A stretch of DNA of 64,000 bases from Auanema rhodensis. Its lineage: Eukaryota; Animalia; Nematoda. The translations under genes were made by a program, and so were the position numbers. This document shows positions 57,001-64,000 of the stretch, one piece after another. The notes below the pieces were generated by a model. It was not told the origin of the DNA. It was given only the letters and a program-made list of their open reading frames with translations, and did no database searches. Where the stretch lies: positions 20,646,001 to 20,710,000 of the forward strand of contig OZ059897.1 in NCBI GenBank assembly GCA_964057225.1. Direction: 5' to 3'. Every line of letters begins with the position of its first letter. The stretch's first letter is position 1.

Positions 57001-60000
57001 GCAGCTTAAAAATCCGCATCGAATGCACTATACTACATTGAGAAACGCTTAATACAAAAATTAGTTATGATCGTTTGAAAAATGATGCATTAGTGTATGT
57101 TGAGTTTCCATGTACACTCAACATTGCTTCCAAAAACATTTTGACAAAAATTTTTTCGAAAAATTTCAAAATAATTTAGCAAAAAGTAGATGTTTTTAGA
57201 TTCCTTTTTTCAAGGCAAAGACGATGGACAATGTTATTTAACGAAAAAATTAATTCTTCAGGGTGAAAATCGAGGATATAAGTGTAAACTTATATCAGTT
57301 GATATCTCGGTGCATTTTTAAGCTAGCGCAAATCTGATAACACAGATCGACACAGCTTAAAAATCCGCATCGAATGCACTATACGACATTGAGAAACGCT
57401 TAATACAAAAATTAGTTATGATCGTTTGAAAAATGATGCATTAGTGTATGTTGAGTTTCCATGTACACTCAACATTGCTTCCAAAAACATTTTGACAAAA
57501 ATTTTTTCGAAAAATTTCAAAATAATTTAGCAAAAAGTAGATGTTTTTAGATTCCTTTTTTCAAGGCAAAGACGATGGACAATGTTATTCAACGAAAAAA
57601 TTAATTCTTCAGGGTGAAAATCGAGGATATAAGTGTGAACTTATATCAGTTGATATCTCGGTACATTTTTAAGCTAGCGCAAATCTGATAACACAGATCG
57701 ACGCAGCTTAAAAATCCGCATCGAATGCACTATACTACATGGAAGAACGCTTAATACAAAAATTAGTTATGATCGTTTGGAAAATGATGCATTAGTGTAT
57801 GTTGAGTTTCCATGTACACTCAACATTGCTTCCAAAAACATTTTGACAAAAATTTTTTCGAAAAATTTCAAAATAATTTAGCAAAAAGTAGATGTTTTTA
57901 GATTCCTTTTCTCAAGGCAAAGACGATGGACAATGTTATTTAACGAAAAAATTAATTCTTCAGGGTGAAAATCGAGGATATAAGTGTGAACTTATATCAG
58001 TTGATATCTCGGTGCATTTTTAAGCTAGCGCAAATCTGATAACACAGATCGACGCAGCTTAAAAATCCGCATCGAATGCACTATACTACATGGAAGAACG
58101 CTTAATACAAAAATTAGTTATGATCGTTTGAAAAATGATGCATTAGTGTATGTTGAGTTTCCATGTACACTCAACATTGCTTCCAAAAACATTTTGACAA
58201 AAATTTTTTCGAAAAATTTCAAAATAATTTAGCAAAAAGTAGATGTTTTTAGATTCCTTTTTTTAAGGCAAAGACGATGGACGATGTTATTCAACGAAAA
58301 AATTAATTCTTCAGGGTGAAAATCGAGGATATAAGTGTGAACTTATATCAGTTGATATCTCGGTGCATTTTTAAGCTAGCGCAAATCTGATAACACAGAT
58401 CGACGCAGCTTAAAAATCCGCATCGAATGCACTATACTACATTGAGAAACGCTTAATACAAAAATTAGTTATGATCGTTTGAAAAATGATGCATTAGTGT
58501 ATGTTGAGTTTCCATGTACACTCAACATTGCTTCCAAAAACATTTTGACAAAAATTTTTTCGAAAAATTTCAAAATAATTTAGCAAAAAGTAGATGTTTT
58601 TAGATTCCTTTTTTTAAGGCAAAGACGATGGACGATGTTATTCAACGAAAAAATTAATTCTTCAGGGTGAAAATCGAGGATATAAGTGTGAACTTATATC
58701 AGTTGATATCTCGGTGCATTTTTAAGCTAGCGCAAATCTGATAACACAGATCGACGCAGCTTAAAAATCCGCATCGAATGCACTATACTACATTGAGAAA
58801 CGCTTAATACAAAAATTAGTTATGATCGTTTGAAAAATGATGCATTAGTGTATGTTGAGTTTCCATGTACACTCAACATTGCTTCCAAAAACATTTTGAC
58901 AAAAATTTTTTCGAAAAATTTCAAAATAATTTAGCAAAAAGTAGATGTTTTTAGATTCCTTTTTTCAAGGCAAAGACGATGGACAATGTTATTCAACGAA
59001 AAAATTATTTCTTCAGGGTGAAAATCGAGGATATAAGTGTGAACTTATATCAGTTGATATCTCGGTACATTTTTAAGCTAGCGCAAATCTGATAACACAG
59101 ATCGACGCAGCTTAAAAATCCGCATCGAATGCACTATACTACATTGAGAAACGCTTAATACAAAAATTAGTTATGATCGTTTGAAAAATGATGCATTAGT
59201 GTATGTTGAGTTTCCATGTACACTCAACATTGCTTCCAAAAACATTTTGACAAAAATTTTTTCGAAAAATTTCAAAATAATTTAGCAAAAAGTAGATGTT
59301 TTTAGATTCCTTTTTTTAAGGCAAAGACGATGGACGATGTTATTCAACGAAAAAATTAATTCTTCAGGGTGAAAATCGAGGATATAAGTGTGAACTTATA
59401 TCAGTTGATATCTCGGTGCATTTTTAAGCTAGCGCAAATCTGATAACACAGATCGACGCAGCTTAAAAATCCGCATCGAATGCACTATACTACATTGAGA
59501 AACGCTTAATACAAAAATTAGTTATGATCGTTTGAAAAATGATGCATTAGTGTATGTTGAGTTTCCATGTACACTCAACATTGCTTCCAAAAACATTTTG
59601 ACAAAAATTTTTTCGAAAAATTTCAAAATAATTTAGCAAAAAGTAGATGTTTTTAGATTCCTTTTTTCAAGGCAAAGACGATGGACAATGTTATTTAACG
59701 AAAAAATTAATTCTTCAGGGTGAAAATCGAGGATATAAGTGTAAACTTATATCAGTTGATATCTCGGTACATTTTTAAGCTAGCGCAAATCTGATAACAC
59801 AGATCGACGCAGCTTAAAAATCCGCATCGAATGCACTATACTACATGGAAGAACGCTTAATACAAAAATTAGTTATGATCGTTTGAAAAATGATGCATTA
59901 GTGTATGTTGAGTTTCCATGTACACTCAACATTGCTTCCAAAAACATTTTGACAAAAATTTTTTCGAAAAATTTCAAAATAATTTAGCAAAAAGTAGATG

Positions 60001-63000
60001 TTTTTAGATTCCTTTTTTCAAGGCAAAGACGATGGACAATGTTATTCAACGAAAAAATTATTTCTTCAGGGTGAAAATCGAGGATATAAGTGTGAACTTA
60101 TATCAGTTGATATCTCGGTACATTTTTAAGCTAGCGCAAATCTGATAACACAGATCGACGCAGCTTAAAAATCCGCATCGAATGCACTATACTACATGGA
60201 AGAACGCTTAATACAAAAATTAGTTATGATCGTTTGAAAAATGATGCATTAGTGTATGTTGAGTTTCCATGTACACTCAACATTGCTTCCAAAAACATTT
60301 TGACAAAAATTTTTTCGAAAAATTTCAAAATAATTTAGCAAAAAGTAGATGTTTTTAGATTCCTTTTTTCAAGGCAAATACGATGGACAATGTTATTCAA
60401 CGAAAAAATTATTTCTTCAGGGTGAAAATCGAGGATATAAGTGTGAACTTATATCAGTTGATATCTCGGTACATTTTTAAGCTAGCGCAAATCTGATAAC
60501 ACAGATCGACGCAGCTTAAAAATCCGCATCGAATGCACTATACTACATGGAAGAACGCTTAATACAAAAATTAGTTATGATCGTTTGAAAAATGATGCAT
60601 TAGTGTATGTTGAGTTTCCATGTACACTCAACATTGCTTCCAAAAACATTTTGACAAAAATTTTTTCGAAAAATTTCAAAATAATTTAGCAAAAAGTAGA
60701 TGTTTTTAGATTCCTTTTTTCAAGGCAAAGACGATGGACAATGTTATTTAACGAAAAAATTAATTCTTCAGGGTGAAAATCGAGGATATAAGTGTAAACT
60801 TATATCAGTTGATATCTCGGTGCATTTTTAAGCTAGCGCAAATCTGATAACACAGATCGACGCAGCTTAAAAATTCGCATCGAATGCACTATACTACACT
60901 GAGAAACGCTTAATACAAAAATTAGTTATGATCGTTTGAAAAATGATGCATTAGTGTATGTTGAGTTTCCATGTACACTCAACATTGCTTCCAAAAACAT
61001 TTTGACAAAAATTTTTTCGAAAAATTTCAAAATAATTTAGCAAAAAGTAGATGTTTTTAGATTCCTTTTTTCAAGGCAAAGACGATGGACAATGTTATTT
61101 AACGAAAAAATTAATTCTTCAGGGTGAAAATCGAGGATATAAGTGTGAACTTATATCAGTTGATATCTCGGTACATTTTTAAGCTAGCGCAAATCTGATA
61201 ACACAGATCGACGCAGCTTAAAAATCCGCATCGAATGCACTATACTACATGGAAGAACGCTTAATACAAAAATTAGTTATGATCGTTTGAAAAATGATGC
61301 ATTAGTGTATGTTGAGTTTCCATGTACACTCAACATTGCTTCCAAAAACATTTTGACAAAAATTTTTTCGAAAAATTTCAAAATAATTTAGCAAAAAGTA
61401 GATGTTTTTAGATTCCTTTTTTCAAGGCAAAGACGATGGACAATGTTATTTAACGAAAAAATTAATTCTTCAGGGTGAAAATCGAGGATATAAGTGTAAA
61501 CTTATATCAGTTGATATCTCGGTGCATTTTTAAGCTAGCGCAAATCTGATAACACAGATCGACGCAGCTTAAAAATCCGCATCGAATGCACTATACTACA
61601 TTGAAAAACGCTTAATACAAAAATTAGTTATGATCGTTTGAAAAATGATGCATTCGTGTATGTTGAGTTTGCATGTACACTCAACATTGCTTCCAAAAAC
61701 ATTTTGACAAAAATTTTTTCGAAAAATTTCAAAATAATTTAGCAAAAAGTAGATGTTTTTAGATTCCTTTTTTCAAGGCAAAGACGATGGACAATGTTAT
61801 TTAACGAAAAAATTAATTCTTCAGGGTGAAAATCGAGGATATAAGTGTAAACTTATATCAGTTGATATCTCGGTGCATTTTTAAGCTAGCGCAAATCTGA
61901 TAACACAGATCGACGCAGCTTAAAAATCCGCATCGAATGCACTATACTACATTGAAAAACGCTTAATACAAAAATTAGTTATGATCGTTTGAAAAATGAT
62001 GCATTCGTGTATGTTGAGTTTGCATGTACACTCAACATTGCTTCCAAAAACATTTTGACAAAAATTTTTTCGAAAAATTTCAAAATAATTTAGCAAAAAG
62101 TAGATGTTTTTAGATTCCTTTTTTCAAGGCAAAGACGATGGACAATGTTATTCAACGAAAAAATTAATTCTTCAGGATGAAAATCGAGGATATAAGTGTG
62201 AACTTATATCAGTTGATATCTCGGTGCATTTTTAAGCTAGCGCAAATCTGATAACACAGATCGACGCAGCTTAAAAATCCGCATCGAATGCACTATACTA
62301 CATTGAGAAAAGTTTAATACAAAAATTAGTTATGATCGTTTGAAAAATGATGCATTAGTGTATGTTGGGTTTCCATGTACACTCAACATTGCTTCCAAAA
62401 ACATTTTGACAAAAATTTTTTCGAAAAATTTTAAAATAATTTAGCGAAAAGTAGATGTTTTTAGATTCGATTTTTCAAGGCAAAGACGATGGACAATGTT
62501 ATTCAACGAAAAAATTAATTCTTCAGGATGAAAATCGAGGATATAAGTGTGAACTTATATCAGTTGATATCTCGGTGCATTTTTAAGCTAGCGCAAATCT
62601 GATAACACAGATCGACGCAGCTTAAAAATCCGCATCGAATGCACTATACTACATTGAAAAACGCTTAATACAAAAATTAGTTATGATCGTTTGAAAAATG
62701 ATGCATTAGTGTATGTTGAGTTTCCATGTACACTCAACATTGCTTCCAAAAACATTTTGACAAAAATTTTTTCGAAAAATTTCAAAATAATTTACCAAAA
62801 AGTAGATGTTTTTAGATTCCATTTTTCAAGGCAAAGACGATAGACAATGTTATTCAACGAAAAAGTTAATTCTTCAGGGTGAAAATCGAGGATATAAGTG
62901 TGAACTTATATCAGTTGATATCTCGGTGCATTTTTAAGCTAGCGCAAATCTGATAACACAGATCGACGCAGCTTAAAAATCCGCATCGAATGCACTATAC

Positions 63001-64000
63001 TACACTGAGAAACGCTTAATACAAAAATTAGTTATGATCGTTTGAAAAATGATGCATTAGTGTATGTTGAGTTTCCATGTACACTCAACATTGCTTCCAA
63101 AAACATTTTGACAAAAATTTTTTCGAAAAATTTCAAAATAATTTAGCAGAAAGTAGATGTTTTTAGATTCCTTTTTTCAAGGCAAAGACGATGGACAATG
63201 TTATTCAACGAAAAAATTAATTCTTCAGGATGAAAATCGAGGATATAAGTGTGAACTTATATCAGTTGATATCTCGGTACATTTTTAAGCTAGCGCAAAT
63301 CTGATAACACAGATCGACGCAGCTTAAAAATCCGCATCGAATGCACTATACTACATGGAAGAACGCTTAATACAAAAATTAGTTATGATCGTTTGAAAAA
63401 TGATGCATTAGTGTATGTTGAGTTTCCATGTACACTCAACATTGCTTCCAAAAACATTTTGACAAAAATTTTTTCGAAAAATTTCAAAATAATTTACCAA
63501 AAAGTAGATGTTTTTAGATTCCATTTTTCAAGGCAAAGACGATAGACAATGTTATTCAACGAAAAAGTTAATTCTTCAGGGTGAAAATCGAGGATATAAG
63601 TGTGAACTTATATCAGTTGATATCTCGGTGCATTTTTAAGCTAGCGCAAATTTGATAACACAGATCGACGCAGCTTAAAAATCCGCATCGAATGCACTAT
63701 ACTACATTGAAAAACGCTTAATACAAAAATTAGTTATGATCGTTTGAAAAATGATGCATTCGTGTATGTTGAGTTTCCATGTACACTCAACATTGCTTCC
63801 AAAAACATTTTGACAAAAATTTTTTCGAAAAATTTCAAAATAATTTAGCAAAAAGTAGATGTTTTTAGATTCCTTTTTTCAAGGCAAAGACGATGGACAA
63901 TGTTATTCAACGAAAAAATTAATTCTTCAGGGTGAAAATCGAGGATATAAGTGTAAACTTATATCAGTTGATATCTCGGTGCATTTTTAAGCTAGCGCAA

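Larger units (their letters stand above)
1..64000. repeat. Tandem satellite DNA array, 351-bp monomer, 182 full units plus one 315-bp partial unit, single orientation
   Basis: CATCGAATGCACTATAC recurs at 1, 352, 703 ... 7021 (20x351+1) ... 63686. Phase shifts occur only at the indels listed separately. Most units differ from consensus by a few substitutions. The array runs off both window edges. Confidence 0.99.

Noticed and set aside
1-64000. CRISPR array or other repeat-spacer system
   Set aside because: There are no unique spacers; the entire 351 bp is repeated, and no cas-like ORFs are present.
1-64000. Pure artefact such as a rolling-circle concatemer or collapsed assembly
   Set aside because: Monomers carry nested, regionally structured haplotypes that random error would not produce. 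Individual near-identical block duplications still need read confirmation.

Overview
The whole window is one head-to-tail, single-orientation satellite DNA array with a 351-bp AT-rich monomer (about 32% GC counted on unit 1). It holds 182 complete units plus a 315-bp partial unit. I find no credible gene, RNA gene, transposon or CRISPR array; the single ORF arises from a chance TAG>TGG change in one monomer. I cannot assign the satellite family or host, although this organisation is typical of eukaryotic centromeric or heterochromatic satellites. Points of interest: (1) the monomer contains four dyad symmetries, including a 67-nt fold-back spanning the monomer junction and a 9-bp stem with a GTRA loop; (2) two truncated monomers (22.5 kb, 44.3 kb) carry filler DNA copied from their own flanks, resembling polymerase-theta end-joining scars, with three of the four breakpoints inside predicted hairpins; (3) SNP haplotypes record local duplications and nascent higher-order repeats with 2-, 4-, 7-, 9-, 10-, 13- and 15-monomer offsets; (4) a common 3-nt linked variant creates a perfect 9-nt complement to a hairpin loop in the same monomer. 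All counts were made by eye. Monomer positions are numbered from CATCGAATGC at window position 1.
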